The notes under the pieces are model-generated. The model did no database searches. It had not been told where the DNA came from and worked only from the letters and a program-made list of their open reading frames with translations. Below are positions 34,842 through 48,582 of a stretch of DNA of 64,000 bases, one piece after another (position 1 is the first letter of the stretch; each line of letters begins with the position of its first letter). Source of the stretch: Trichodelitschia bisporula (taxonomy: Eukaryota); the NCBI GenBank assembly GCA_010356995.1, contig ML996701.1:302963-366962 (forward strand), given 5' to 3'. The position numbers and the translations under genes are program-made.

Positions 34842-37800
34842 TCAGATAAACCCCTTCGTAGCACTCACCCTCCTCAACTGCCTATGCACTATAACCGCCT
34901 GTTCAGCCCCCGAGCCCGGCAAACTCCCTCCCTCAGAAGAACGTTCCGGCACCGACTGTGACACAACCGAGCCTGCGCGCCCACCACGCACACTGCCCAC
35001 CTCACTGCCCGGAACCTGCAGTCCACCAGACACGGGACCACGCGCACTCCCGCGCTCCACGCGGAGGGCCTTCCACCCCTCCAACTCGCGTTCCAGCCTC
35101 AGCGCCCTTTCGCGCTCTTCGCGCAGCTCGCGTTCAGCTCGCTTGGCCGCGAGCTGGTTCGTGGAGTCTGAGGTCTGGAGCTCGTCGATCGTGCCCAAAA
35201 GGGTCGAGATCTTATCCCTCGCCTTACTGAGATCATCGGACAACGTGTTGTTCGCCTTCTCGCGCCGCTCAATCTGCTGCTGCAAATCGCGCACCGTGCG
35301 GTCAACAGAGCGCACGCTCCTCGCCTCCTCCGAGCGGCGCTCCTGCGCGGCTTCCAGGTCGCGTTCCAGCTGGGTAAGGTTAGAAACGGGGGGCCAAAAG
35401 CGGCGGGGGGTACGGGAACTTGCCTCTTGGATGCGGCCGTTGAGGAACTTGACGTCATGGGAGGCGGACGTGTATGTCTGTGTCTCAAGATCCACCAAGC
35501 GGAGCTGCAGCTCGCGGACGCTCTTCTCGAGCGCCGCCTTGTCCTTATGCAACTGCACGTTGAGTTCGCGCTCAACTTGTATTTCCTTCTGCGTTTCCTG
35601 CGCTAGCGCGTCGGAGCGGCGCATCTTACCAATCGCAGCGGCGACAATGTCTTCCTGCTGCGCGACGCTGGCCTTGAGCTGCAGGAAGTTGCGGTCGATG
35701 ATGGCGGCGTTGCGCAGGGTGGGGTTTTCCACGTTGACCAGATCTTCGAGGCGGGAGGTTGTTTCGTTGAGCCGCGCTTCGATGCTCTTCTTCTCGCGCA
35801 TGAGCGCATCGCGCTCCTCGCTCACCTCGTCGATGTTGGAGCGCAGGCTGCGCACCTGCTGCAGCAGATTCACGATCTTAGTCTGCGCGTCGTTATGCGC
35901 GCTCACGGCCTCGTCGCGGCTCTGGCTCAGCTCCTGCACAATCATGTCCAGGCGCCCCTTCTCCTTGGCCCAGGTGGACGAGTTGAGTACCTCGTCGTCC
36001 CACTTCCCGCGCAGCTCCTCGATCTCGTCGCGCAGGCGGCCGTTCTCCTCACGGACATGAATAACATTATCGCGCTCGACCTCGAGCTCGTTGGACAAAG
36101 CCGAGAGCTCGGCTTGGTACTTCTTGCGCGTCTGCTCGAAGGAGAGTTCCTTGTCCTCGATCTCGACGGCGCGTTGCGAGCGGTAGTCCTCGAGCTCGTT
36201 CTGCAGGCGCTTCTTCGCCTGGACCGCACCATCGAGATCGGCTGAGAGATCCTCGACACGCTCCTCGAATTGCTGCAGTTGCCTTTGGAGATCCTCAACC
36301 GTGGCGTCCATGGCCTTGCGCTCGGACATGATGCTCGCGCACGTCTCCTCAGCCTCGCGCGCCTGAGTCTTGGCAAACTGTTCCGCGCGCGTCGCCTTAA
36401 GAACCGCAATCTCAGCTTGCTCGAGCTTGCTGAAATACTCGTCAGCACGCGATTTGTACAAATTGAGACTAGAGACTGTATCCAAGTACTTGGAAGTCTC
36501 GCTGTCGAGGCGGATCTGGAGGTCCGAAAACTCCTGCAACAGCTGCGCGTGGTTGGCGTCCAGCTGCTCGTGCTCGTACTGCTTCTCCTCCAGCGCCATC
36601 TTGTAGTCGCGGGTTTCCATCTCGGCGGAAATCTTGCCTTGCTTGACGTCGTCAAAGGCGGTCTTTGCGTCGGCCAGCTCGTTGACGGCGTTGTTGTGGG
36701 CTTGCAGCAGGGCCTTGCGGCCTTGCTCTTGCGAGCTGAGCAGGTCGTAGAGCTCTTCGTGGGACCTCGCTTGCACTTCCTGAAGCGTGAGCTCGCCAGT
36801 GTGCAGACTATGTTCCAGCGCGGACACTTTCTTCGCAGAGTCGTCGAGCATGTCATGCAGGCGGTAATTTTCGCGCTCGAGCTTCTGCACACGGCGCAGC
36901 GAGGGACTATCATCCATCCAAGCCGCCTTGTTAGGCGAACGCTCGATCTGGCTCTGCAGATGGCGATTCCGCATCTCCGACATCTGGAGCTGATTCTGGA
37001 CCAATTCCAGTTCAGCCGCCAAATCCATACGGTTGTTGTACGTAACCGTGTCGACAGTGCGGTCCGACCTCGCCGAGGACTCGTTCGTGGCATTGCTGAT
37101 GTGGCGCTGGGTATTCGGCGTTGTGTAAGGCGAGAACGGGCGCTTGTTCTCGCCCGTATTCCGGCGCACCTGCGTCGGCGACGAGCGCGTGTTCACCTGG
37201 CTGTTGTTCATCTCCTCGAGCAGCGCGCGCTTAGAATCCGAATGGCGCGCATCCATCTCAGCCAGCTCGTCGCCATGGCGATGACGCAGCTCCGCAAGCT
37301 GCGACTCCATCTGTGTGCACTTCTCGCTCGCGATGCGGAGGGCCGCGCGAGTCGACTCCAACTTCTGAGCTAAGTCGACCGTGCGCGCGATGTCAGGCTT
37401 AGCTGACTCAAACGTGATGGCGATATCAGAGACCGAGGGGTCGAAGACCTTACGCAGGAGAATGAGCTGGTTGCGGCACTCGACGAGCTCCTTGTTAGCC
37501 TCGTCCAGGGACGCTTGCACCACGCGCGTGTTTTGCTGTGCCTGGGCGCGGAGTTGCTTTTCGGTCTCGAGCTTGCGATTCACCTCGGCGAGTTGCAGGT
37601 TCGTGGTCGAGGACATCTGTTCCGCATTGCGGGTGGTCTTGTGTTCGCGGTTGACTTCGTGCGTCAGGTCCTCAAGGCTGAGCGAGAGGCGCTCTTTCTG
37701 CTTCTCGAGCGAGGAAATGGTCAGTTGTGAATCTTCCAGATCCCGCGCGAGGCGACGAGCTTCCTCTTCAGCCTTGTGCTTCTCCGACGTAAGCTGAGCA

Positions 37801-40800
37801 ATCTTCGCGCGCTGGGTATCGCCGGCACGCGAGTTAGACCGCGCAATATCGAGGTTCTTCTGCTGGATCTTGTTAAGCAGCGCGCGGTTGTCGTTCTCAG
37901 ACGCAGCCAAGCGGCCCTTAATGGTAACCAGCTCGCGCTCAAGGCGCTCCTTGTGTTGGTCCTCGTGGTGCCGGAAGTTGTCCGAGTCGGCCATCATCTG
38001 CGTCAAGCCCTGGACCTCATCGGCGAGCTTATTGCGCTCCTCAATGACTTCGTCAAGCTCCCGCTCGCGAGTATCGAGCTCCTTCCGCAGAGCAGCCTGG
38101 CGCTCGTTCGCAGCGCGGAGTGCCTTCTTCTCAACCGCAGCCTCGGCGTGGAGCTTTTCCTCTTGCAGCTCAAGGTACTTTTCGCGGAGCGTCCTAAGCT
38201 CGAGTTGGAAGTCCTTGCGCTCTTTCTCGGCCACAGCACGAGCCTCAGTAGTGCGGCGGAGCACGTCCTGCTGAACGTACATCTCCTTCTCGATGGTGAT
38301 CTTGGCGTCATTCAGAGAGTCGAACTCCTGCTTCAGTGAAGAGTACTTGTGTTCGCTGAGCATTTCAACATCATCACGAGACTGACGTTCGCGACTCAGG
38401 TCCTTCTGCACCGAAACGAGCTCGCCACGCAGGTCGTCGACTTGCCGCTCGAGGACCTTGCGGGTTTGGTCATCCGAGATGCGTTCCTCGAGCATCCGAC
38501 GAGCATCAGCGGCCTCCTGTTCGAGTTGGGAGTTGTGGAGCTTCATTCCTTCCATCTCAGCCTGGGCATCCCGAAGGCGTTCCTGGACGGACTCATGCTT
38601 GAAGGTAAGACGTTCCTTCTCATCTTCGAACATCTTGCGGTCGAACTCAGCCTTACGCAGGTCGGACTTGAGGACGGCCATTTCGCTGTCCTTGCGACGG
38701 ATGACGTCTTCGAAGCTCGAGGAGGTGGTGGAGAGGTCGTCGATTTGGCGTCTGATATCGCGGTTCTCGTCAATAAGCTCCTTGATCTGCTTACGCGTGG
38801 CTGCAACCTCCTTTGCCGACGCAGCAAGCTCGATGTCCACATCCTGCTCGTTCTTCAGCAACTTAGCCTCGAGATCTTTGAGCTTCCGTTCCTTGAGCGC
38901 GAGATGGCTGTTGAGCATCTTTACTTCCTGCTCGAGCTTCTCCTCCTCTTCGCTGCGCTGAGAGCGCGAATGCTCGAGCTCAGTCATTTGGGCGTCCAGC
39001 TCCGAGATGCGATCCAACAAGTCTTGCTTCTCGCCTTCCAGCGAGCTGATGATCTCCCCCGCTTGCTCGAGCTGCTTCCGCCAAGCGTCAGCCTCCTCCT
39101 CGGTCTTTTTCTTCGCCATCATCAGCTCATCAAGTTGATCTTCCAGGTTCTCTTGGTCGTCAAGAGCTCCAGCAAGCTTGTCAGTCAGCTCAGCCTCGCG
39201 ATCCTGAAGCCGCTTAAAGATCTCATCCTTGTCGAGCGCCAGTGCGCGCTCGCTCTCAAGGGTATGTTGAATACGCTGGATTTCATGCTCAGCGCGCCGA
39301 CGCTCCTCCTCCAGCCTCTGCTTGTCCGAAAGTTCCACCTGGACCTTCTCTTCCAGCTTGTGAATCATCTCATCACGCTTCTTCATCTCTGCAGCCTGGC
39401 GGGTAGCGCCGAGGAGAGGCTTCATCCGGACGAATAGCCGCCACCACGGGTTGGTCTGCATCTGCGAGTAGATCTGGAAGTTGTGTTGGATGATACGGGT
39501 CGCCTCTGCTCGATACAGACGCTTGTTAGCGATCCGGCGCTGAACGAATCCGCGAGCTACTGATTGGAAGCGCGCCATGATTTCGCTGATGAGCTTGTCG
39601 CGGCGCTCCTCGAGATCGGCAAGGACGCCCGCACGAAAGAAAACCTTGGTGAGACCGACGCGGTAGAAGGCTCGGTCCATATTGAGCTTTTCGAGCATAA
39701 GCTTTGCGGCGACTTGGCCCTCGAGGTATGCCTTTGGCATGTCACGGCAAAGAACCTCATAGCGTTGTCGGAACTCCGCAAAGGGCAATCTGTTGGGGAA
39801 CCCAGTGCGGGCAATCCGAATGCCTTCCAAGACACCGTTGCAGCGAAGCTGGTCTAGAACGAGGGGCGCGCTGAATTGCTTTGCCTTCTTTTTGTGATTC
39901 GGCAGAATGCAGCGCACGAAATGGGGATGGGTTGAGTGAAGCTGGTTCATCAGCGTAGAGAGCTGCTCCTTGTGGCGCTGAGCGACGGTGCGGAAGAGGC
40001 CCTTTTTCACACGGCTTCGCATTCCACCGGTCTCTTCATCGGGGTCCAGGCAATCTGAGAACAGGTGCGCGATATGCTTCTCCCGAGAAGAGGCCAACAG
40101 TTTTGTCACGTTGTCCGGGAGCGGATCCTTGTTCTTCTCCAGCCAGCCTTCGGTAGAGTATTCCACCTCCGCCGCATAGTGCGTCAAAACGAAGCCATGC
40201 GTCATAAGTGAGCGACGGTACTTGGGCGTCTTACGATCCCAAAGAGCATGCAGCTTCTCCGTGAACGTGACGTCCGTTGCTTTGGGCATAACGCAGTCCT
40301 CGTCCAGGCACGAGAAGACACCGATGGGGTTCGAGAGTTCGATCAAGTCAATGGTTGGTTGGAGGTCCTTTCCGAAGTCGATAAACTTCCACTCAATCTG
40401 CTCTCGGGCGTATTCTTCCTGCTCCAGAACAAACATGTGGTGATTGAAGAATTGCTGCAGCTTCTCGTTGGTGTAATTGATACAGAGCTGCTCGAAGCTG
40501 TTCTCGTCGAAGATTTCAAACCCGGCAATATCCAACACGCCAATGAAGTGCGAGTCATCAGAACCGGCACCTGAGCGATCAAGCTGGCGGTTGATGCGGT
40601 CCACAAGGTCACCGAAGCCGCGCTCGTAGATACCCTTTGCAAGAGCGCTGATCGCCAGCCGCACCTGTTCCGGAGTTTGGACCTTCTCCACGAGCTCCCG
40701 CCCGGCACGCACGCGGGGGTGGAGGATGGATTTAATGAACTGCTCAGAGGATATACCAAGCAGGTGGCAAACCTTGTCGACGTGTGTACGCGACTCGGGC

Positions 40801-42279
40801 GCCAGAGCGGCCTGGTCAGCATGTCGGCTCTCTTTCATGACCGCAATGTTGCCGAGATGGAGGATCGCCGCAAGAGTCCGAAAGATGGAGTTCTGCTCAT
40901 CCTCGGAAAAGCCCATGATGTGGAAGGCTTCGAGAAGAAGATTCCACTCCTCGAGATCGGAAACGCCCGTGATGGTGTCATTGCCTTGCCGCGTGTACTC
41001 GAAGTCCTCGATGTCCATGTCATTCAGCAGGAAGTTCTTCTTCATGCGAGGGTCGCTTCCCCGCAGTAACTGGTAGAAAATATGGTAGTTGCGCTCAGTG
41101 GAGTTGAGCTTCACAACGCGCGACTTCTCAAGCAGATACCAGTCGATGTAGGCGCCGGCAATTTGACCCGACCGGGTGAATTCAATACGGATGAACTTGC
41201 CGAAACGCGAAGAGTTGTTGTTCCGCACAGTCTGCGCATTACCGAACGCCTCGAGAATTGGATTGGCTCTGAGAATCTGCTCCGACAGATTGGAAGCCTG
41301 CCGCATGCCCGTTTTGGCAGCTCGGGGAGTGTCCGAAGTAGCGACAGCGGCGAGATATTGGATCACCTTCTTGGTATTCTCCGTCTTTCCTGCGCCGGAC
41401 TCTCCCGTGACGAGGATGCTCTGATTGCGCCCCTCTTCTACTAGGTTGCGGAAGGCCTCGTCGGCCATAGCGAAAATGTGCGGCTTCGTGTCTTCACGGC
41501 TTCTTCCACGGTACAGGTTGATGTAGTCGCGGCTGTAAATAGGGAGAGGACAGTAAGGATTGACGGTAACCAAAAACAGCCCGGAATATGTCTACAGTTG
41601 TCAATACGCTGCATATGTAGTCTACGGAGTTCCTTACGTATATCAAGTCGGCTTGGTACCGCATGTGCAGGTTGTGTACCACCGACGCCTCGTTCAGATG
41701 CGTCAGCTCGGCCATGTCATCTGCTTTGTCGAACTTGGCCGGATTGACCTTGTCAACGTCGTCAGGATGCACTGTCCGTTGCTGCGATATGTTAGCACTG
41801 GGGGGGTCGCGATACATGATGCCTTTGCTCACACTGTCGTCGTCACACTGAACGAGAAGCTGCCCGTCAGAGAGCTCCTCAACCACCCACCCGCGCACGA
41901 ATGCCGTCGCCGGATCCTTCAGCCAGACATATCTCCTTCCGGAGAAATCGTTCTCGCCTTCTATACCGCGTACCGGCTCCATGCCAGACTGCATATCGTC
42001 AGATGTGATGAATGTCGGAGCAAAGGTCCCGGAGGCTGGAGGATTGCCGCGGTGAGAGTTTGATCGTGTGCGGATCGAATTGTTGCGGGAGGGCGCAGTT
42101 GCTCCGCTCAGCGTCGACAAGGAGCGGACATGGCCCTGACCTTGTGAAGCGAAAGGCGACGGAGCTATCATGGACTTTGGTCGATTACCGGTAGAGGGTG
42201 ATATAGGAGCCGGCGAAGCGGAGTTCCTTGCGAACGGACTGTTTCGCCATTTGGGACCATCCTGTGCGGGGGCACTCAT
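34842..42279 (-). CDS. Myosin type II heavy chain
   Basis: SH3-like N-domain, GESGAGKT P-loop, NNNSSRFGKF, LDIAGFE, QLRCNGVLEGIRI, IQ region and ~1400-aa coiled-coil tail; introns near 41.8, 41.6 and 35.4 kb. Confidence 0.97.
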
Positions 42280-42927
42280 GATGAAGGGATGGGATTAGGA
42301 GCGTAAACAGAGATAAAAAGCAGTAAAAGCAGCACTGCGCACCCCAGAAGCGCCTGAATCGTTCTCAATGCGAAAAACACAAACTAGAAGCAAAGAGCGC
42401 CAGCAACTGTGAGCATGGCGGAAGCAGCGGTGGAGGTTGATGAAGTTAGCTGGGTTGTGTTTGAACACCCCAAAGCATTTGTTTACACCCACCAAGTCCG
42501 GCGTCACCACTGACACCGGGCCAGCGAGCACGGTCCAATGAGCTCGCGCGACCGGAAGCGCGCCAAATCATGTGATCGGCAGTGCCCGGCCCGTGCCAAG
42601 GTAAACTCGGCTTGGCATCACCAGCAGCAACTGTCGAGATTCCTACGTCGCCAACCTCTTCCCCTTCTTTCATCCACTTCTCTCCCTCTTCCATACCTCC
42701 AACTCACTCCAGTCATCGCCTCAGCATCGTCGCAGTGGAGCAACAGAACATCTAGCACACTTTCCGCAAGCCCGAGTACGCTCCACATAAGCGCTTTACG
42801 CGCTGTACTGCAACAACTTTCGTAGCCTGATCGCATTCTTGACGCTTTCCGCTTGCCGTTCAAGGCCGCGTACCACCACCCAGAACCACTTCCATCCGGC
42901 GGCAAGAGCCAACAGATATACGTTGCC

Positions 42928-45900
42928 ATGAATTCCGCAGCTAATCTTCCCGGTTCAGCGTTCGCAGGCTATCCGCCGCCAGGATTCAACTATTACGAGC
43001 AGTCACCCTATCAGCAAAACCCTTCTCCAGGACAGCAGACAATGGCGCTGCCTTCGTACGCGGAGGCCAGCTCCCTGCCAGTGCGTAGCGTAAGTGGACA
43101 GCAGCAAAATACTCCGACACTTCCGTTAGGCTACGCGCCGCTATATAATCACTTCTGGGGGAATGCACAGTCTCCGTACCACCCTCCGCCTCCGCCACCT
43201 CATGCGCAAGGTTTCAACAATGGAGCTCCATCCCAACCTCCACAGCAGTATACGGGACAAGCTCCCCTTTCACATCCTCCCCAGCCCGCTTCAGCGCTGC
43301 TATCGCCTCGTACGCCCTTTTCACACCGTGGCGGGCAGCCTGGTCAGGGTCCACGCAATTCCAATCGCTTCAAGCCTCGAAATGCTCGTCGCGAAGAAGG
43401 AGAAGTGAGCGAAGAAAGCGGTGTCTATACGCCCACTTCGTGGAACTCGGGAGATGCCAATTCGTACACTCCCAATCCTTTTCCCCTTGACGGGGCCGCA
43501 GATTCTCCGCAATCAAGCGTCTCTCAAAAGGGTTATTCTGTGGCGCAGTGGCAGCCCTCCCTTCTGCCAGCCCATGAATCGCCTGCAAATCATCATACTG
43601 ACCAGCTTTGGAAGCGCTCGGCTGCTTCGCAGCCGTCTTCCCCGCAGCTCCCTCCGGGGTTACCGACGTTAAAGAAGCCATCTGCATTGTCTCGCCAGCT
43701 GGAGACCGATGACGCGGGTCACGCTCAGTCGCACGCAGTGAAGACCTCGGGCCATCAACAACCGCAAGCTACTATCCAGCTTCGCGACGAGCGGAAGTGG
43801 GCCGTGGACGCACTGAAATGGTTGAACTCGAACGGCGTCACGCCCGAGGCGGTGTTTGAGCTTTTGCAGGTAAAGCCCGACCAAGTACAAGAGCTCTGTC
43901 GCCTGGTTCGGGAAGCCGGCTTGCCTGTGCCGGCAACTTTAGCCGCTGCTCCTTCGGCTCCGGCTGCTGTGGGTTCCGGCTTCACCGTTGAACAACCTCC
44001 GTGTACTGACGCGAGTGTCAATGGATCTGAGGTTAAGCAAGACAAGGCCCCAGTCAAAGGTAACATCGCACCCTTCTGCTTAATGTTCAGCTAACCCGTG
44101 CCACAGTGAATGGTTCTGTTGCCAAAGCCCCTTTGAGCCAAGAAAGTGTGAAGTCAGCTGCCCAGCGTCCCGTACAAGAGACCCCTCCAGCATCACTTCC
44201 AGCTAAGCCAGCTAAAGAGGCCATGCCGGCATCCCTTCCAGCCAAGCCAGCTAAGACTGAGGGCTCCCGGCAGGAGTACATCGCCCGCTTGCAAGCCGCT
44301 AAAGCGAAGAAATCTGGCATCGCGCAGGAAGGCGTTTCTGCCTCTCCTGTAGACCACCGTGGCGCTGAACCACTTCTCAGAGGATCCGGGGCCCAAGGCA
44401 ATGGCGTTTCTCAGCCTACCGCAGTGAATGGTGTCGCAAAGGTCACCACGTCGGCCTCCAGCGCCTCAGACGTCTCCACTCCTACCATGTCCAACAGCGA
44501 CCTTCAGACCCAGACATCCAGTCGCGTTGAGTCCGTGTCGGCCGAAGACACAGTGCCCCGCACGACAGCTCTTGTGTCCGCAGTGCCTCCGATTCCGGGC
44601 CTGTTCCTCGGTGGTCAGCAGTCGGGGCCAGCTTCGCTGCCTTCGAAGCCAGTCTCCTTCACCATACCGGTTCCGAAAACTCGCCAACAGAATCTGGCTG
44701 GCACCGCTACCAATACGAAGGTGTCTGAGCTGAAGAGCCAGGCTGCACCGAGTCTTTCCCGCCGCTCTTCAAGCTTCGCCAACTGTCGTGACCATCAGGA
44801 ACGCGTAGTCATCGAAGTTAGCGGTGATGAAGACAGTGAAATGGAGGATGCGCCGCCGATCAAGTCTGCCGGGGCGCATACGCCACAGCAACCTGAACCG
44901 GTGGACCTGAAGCTCAAACAGGCCCGGATCGAGGAGGAAAAACGGCAGCTTGCTAAGAAGATTGCGATGTTGGAGCAGCGGAGGCTCGCAAAGCAGAGTG
45001 CGACACTTACCATCCCCAAGAAAGCTCTGTTCAGCGCACCGATGAGCCCCGCCCCGGTCGACAACGGCGTCGGGACGTCGACTGGGGCCCCGAAGCCGCA
45101 ACAATCGGACGCAGGGAAAGCTATGGCTGAGGTTCCGAAGCTGCCCATTGATGTTCCGAAGCTGCCCGTTGAAGCTCCGAAGCTGCCCGTTGAGATTGCA
45201 AAGCCTCATTCGATCATTGCCGAGAAGGCACCTGTCGAAGTTCCCCTCGCCAAAATTGACGTGGTTGCTGCCCGGACCAAAACTTTCCCAGCGCCAGAAG
45301 CCGGTGCCAGCAAGGAATTTGAGGTCTCCCACCCCCCCCAGGTCATTGGCGTCAAGCGATCGGCTTCCACAGATGCGAATCCAGAGGTCAAGAAGAAGCG
45401 GGCCGACATACTGTCGAGGATGTTGGCCCTTCAGATGGAATTGGCACAGCTTGGTGATGAACCTGCTGAGGCCACAGACGAGTCTCCGGCGCCTCCAATG
45501 GTAACGGCTGAAGTTGTTGAGGAAGTCCGCCGCTCTGAGTCTGTGGTGATGCAGGAGCCCATTAAAGAAGTGCCAGTTTCCGAGCCCGCTGTGGTACAAA
45601 AGATTGTTGAGGAGGTGCCCGCCTCCGAGCCCGCTGTGGTGCAGAAGACTGTTGAAACGATGCCGGTCTCCGAGCCGGCTGCGTTGCAGACGACCGTTGA
45701 AGAGGCGTCCGCCTCCGAGCCTGTCGTTGTTACTTCTTCGGAAACGACCCCTGACGCTGCGGTGCCCTCAGCGTCGGAGTCTGAGTTGTACGAACCTACC
45801 GGCAGCATGGACACCCCGATGGAAATTGACGATGAGAGCGACTCCGATGATGCAATGGAGATCTCCAGCTCCGAGTCTGGCGAGATTCGCTCACCCAGCC

Positions 45901-46792
45901 CGGTATCCCCGGCCGTCACCGCTCCTATTCCAGGTCTCCCTCCGCCTGCAATGGTGGATATTACTAGGTCGCCATCGGTTCCTCAGGAACTTTGTCGTGC
46001 AGAGTTCACATCTCAGGTTCCGAACCACAGATCGAACGAAGGAGCGCCACTTCCGCCGCCCCCGCGCAACACGGCACAAGTGGACCGTTCTCAGATCACC
46101 AATCTGAAATTTCCACTTCCTGCTCGTCCTGAGCTTAGAGCCCACCTGAGGACGGGTCCTGAGGCGATGGTGGATTCAAAGGCTGACAATGCTGTTGAGC
46201 ATCCAGCTCCACGCGCTCCGTTCGCTAACTTCAGGGGGCGCGCGATCGGTGATGGCCCAGCTGACAGCACGTCTGAGTACCCCAAGCCCTTTATTCCGTA
46301 TGAAAGCCCATTGCGTGCGTTTCAAGGGTATCGGAACCACCCCGACTTCACGCAGGAGGTTGCGGGCGGTTTCCGATCCCTCACTTACAGCAATAACATC
46401 GTCAAGCGCAATCCGGACTTTAGAAAGCGCCTTTGTCCGTACGAGTGCTCTGGAGGTTCTTGCAACGATAAAGACTGTCCTTACATGCATTTCAACGAGC
46501 TTTCCCTTTCCGGTTTGTTTTCCTCTGCCCGGTCGTGAGCCGATATCTCCCATCTACCCCCGTTACCCCGGACGCCGGCTGACGCTGCTTAGATGACCAG
46601 ATTCTCGTTCAGCTCGGTCTGCCCATTCCGGGCTTGAGCGATGACGACCGTCGTCGTTGGACCGTTGAGCTGAAGGGCTTGATTGATCAGCTGCGGACAC
46701 AAGACGTCCGCGATACGGAGTACGTTGCTGCGAAGATCACGCAGTTCCGGCGCGATTTCCTTGGCGACCAGTCGCGTGTTTTGAACCTTTGA
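42928..46792 (+). CDS. Large disordered protein with C-terminal zf-C3H1 domain (Red1/ZFC3H1-like)
   Basis: PYESPLRAF..YRNHPDF..GGFRSLTYSNNI..LCPYECSGGSCNDKDCPYMHF; introns 44060-44106 and ~46513-46592. Confidence 0.8.
45129..45731 (+). repeat. Coding tandem repeats in the zf-C3H1 protein: 21-bp x3 (xVPKLPx) and 45-bp x~4 (EVPASEPAVVQKTVE)
   Basis: Seen at 45129-45194 and ~45567-45731. Confidence 0.85.
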
Positions 46793-47050
46793 TACGGGTG
46801 AAATCTTCGGTGGGACGGCGTAAATGGTAAGGGTGTCCTGGGTTTGCTTGTTTTCTGCGCCTGATATCCCATTCAACCCTTCGGAGTCCCTTCTGGGAGC
46901 ATTTGGCGTCTGGATACATTCCAGTGGCGCTTGTAAGCACGCATCAACGGCGTTTGGTGGCCGTCTAAGCTACCTGGACATGGCGGGAATGAGCATTATG
47001 GCGGAGTAGTTAGAGAATTATCTGTTCTAGTCCATCCTTTCTCGCAGTGA

Positions 47051-47505
47051 CTATGATTCGGCTGACCGAAGCGCCTCGCGGACAAGCCCTTCCCAAGCCT
47101 CGCCTTCATTCCTGTGCACCTCCACCAAGCTGACCACGTCCTTGCGCCCCAGCGCCTTGCTCAAGTCGCTGTGATACACATGCGGAAAACACCAGCTCCC
47201 GCTCTGCTCCCACTTGACGCTGCGTTCCCCGCCGTCCCGCCCCTCCAGTGCTGCGAGCTCGAGCTGCAACAGCCAGATGCTGGTCTGGTTGGAGAAGAAC
47301 CGGCTCACCGTGCCCGGGACCTGGTTTTGTTTTAAATACTTGATTCTATCGGTCAGAACAACAGTACCTGTTCAGCGGTGCTGAGGTGGATGAAGCCGTC
47401 GTTGGCGTCGAGGTCGGATACGGGAAAGTAGTCTGGGAGGTCGTGGGGGGGAGGGGAGGGGAGGATCTTGTAGATATGGGTTGGGAGGGGGTCTGGGGGA
47501 GGCAT
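47051..47505 (-). CDS. DUF952 domain protein (2 exons)
   Basis: HIYKILP, DANDGFIHLSTAEQV, VKWE, FPHVY motifs. Confidence 0.9.
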
Positions 47506-48582
47506 GGCTGATATGATGTGGAAGGGGATATGGTGGTTGGGCGCTTTTTTGCTGGCTTTGAAGTTTGCGGTGGTGTTGGTGGTGCCCCAGTTTAATCCCG
47601 TGATTTTGGAGTTGAGCACGACATGCAACCTGGATGTGTCTCCGGTTGCGATTCGCGACTAAATCGATCGCAAAATCGCACGATGTTTTCAAATAGAGGC
47701 ATTTTTATTTATGTGGCCGAGTGTATGGGGAATAGGCAGGAGGCAGTACTGGAGATGAGTTGGAGATGTTGACGAATGTAAAGGAAAGAGAAGGCTGAAA
47801 CAAGCCATAATGACTGTTGACAGCAACGCTGAATACATATCATATTAACTACTGTCTCGACAGCTACCTCTCCTGCTGTTGAAATCTAGCGACCGAATCT
47901 ATGCAGATTCTCCCCAGACTACGGTACATAATTCGCATAAAATGCTGTCAAACGTTGAACAGACCCCGGTGCCTCGACCCCCACGCCGCCCACGGATATG
48001 CCAGACCCTACGCCTACGGTTCGGTATCTGATAATGGTAAGAGGCGTCGAAGATGATGGAACGAGGGTAATCTCGATAGCCAACCTTAGGGTGGAGGATG
48101 TAGTGTTTTTGGCGTCACTTGATGGGACCGACTTCACTTTGATTTCTACGGAGCCATCTCGGAGGCCGTGCAGTGACAAGCTATAAACCCGCATTGTGTG
48201 AATTTCCCTCCAGTTCTTACTGGGGACCAAAGATACTTTTCGATCGCGCATCTTTCTCGGGAATTTACTAGCGCGACCCTTTATGGCCCTCAAGTAACGG
48301 CATAAGGGTCGGGAGCGCATGTGTGTACTTAAAGGAGCTCGTTCAAACCCCTCTTGCGTCATCATGTCGTCGCGGATGGCTGCAAAAGCTGACAGTGGCT
48401 GACTTGCCGCATTACGCGGGGATAGGAGAGTGGGGCGGACAGGGTAGTGGTTTGCCCCGCCAGACTTCAAAAGCCTTTCCTCTGACGCGGAGTCAACCCT
48501 CGCCACAGCTTGCCATTTAAAGAACAATCAACCTACCTGCTCTCAAGTATATCGTTCATAGAACTCTTCCCGAGCCCTCACA

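Noticed and set aside
35099..41444. Many long antisense or alternate-frame ORFs over myosin (also over MCC, ArgRS and haspin)
   Set aside because: Expected shadow ORFs of GC3-rich coding sequence; no independent motifs
10724..41831. Several stop-free 3n introns (M13 peptidase, CBR1, annexin, myosin intron 1)
   Set aside because: With ~50-nt GC-rich introns this frequency is about what chance predicts; only the GC-AG case was kept
47919..48527. 202-aa minus-strand ORF between DUF952 and TAL1
   Set aside because: Non-ATG start, overlaps the TAL1 promoter and has no recognisable features
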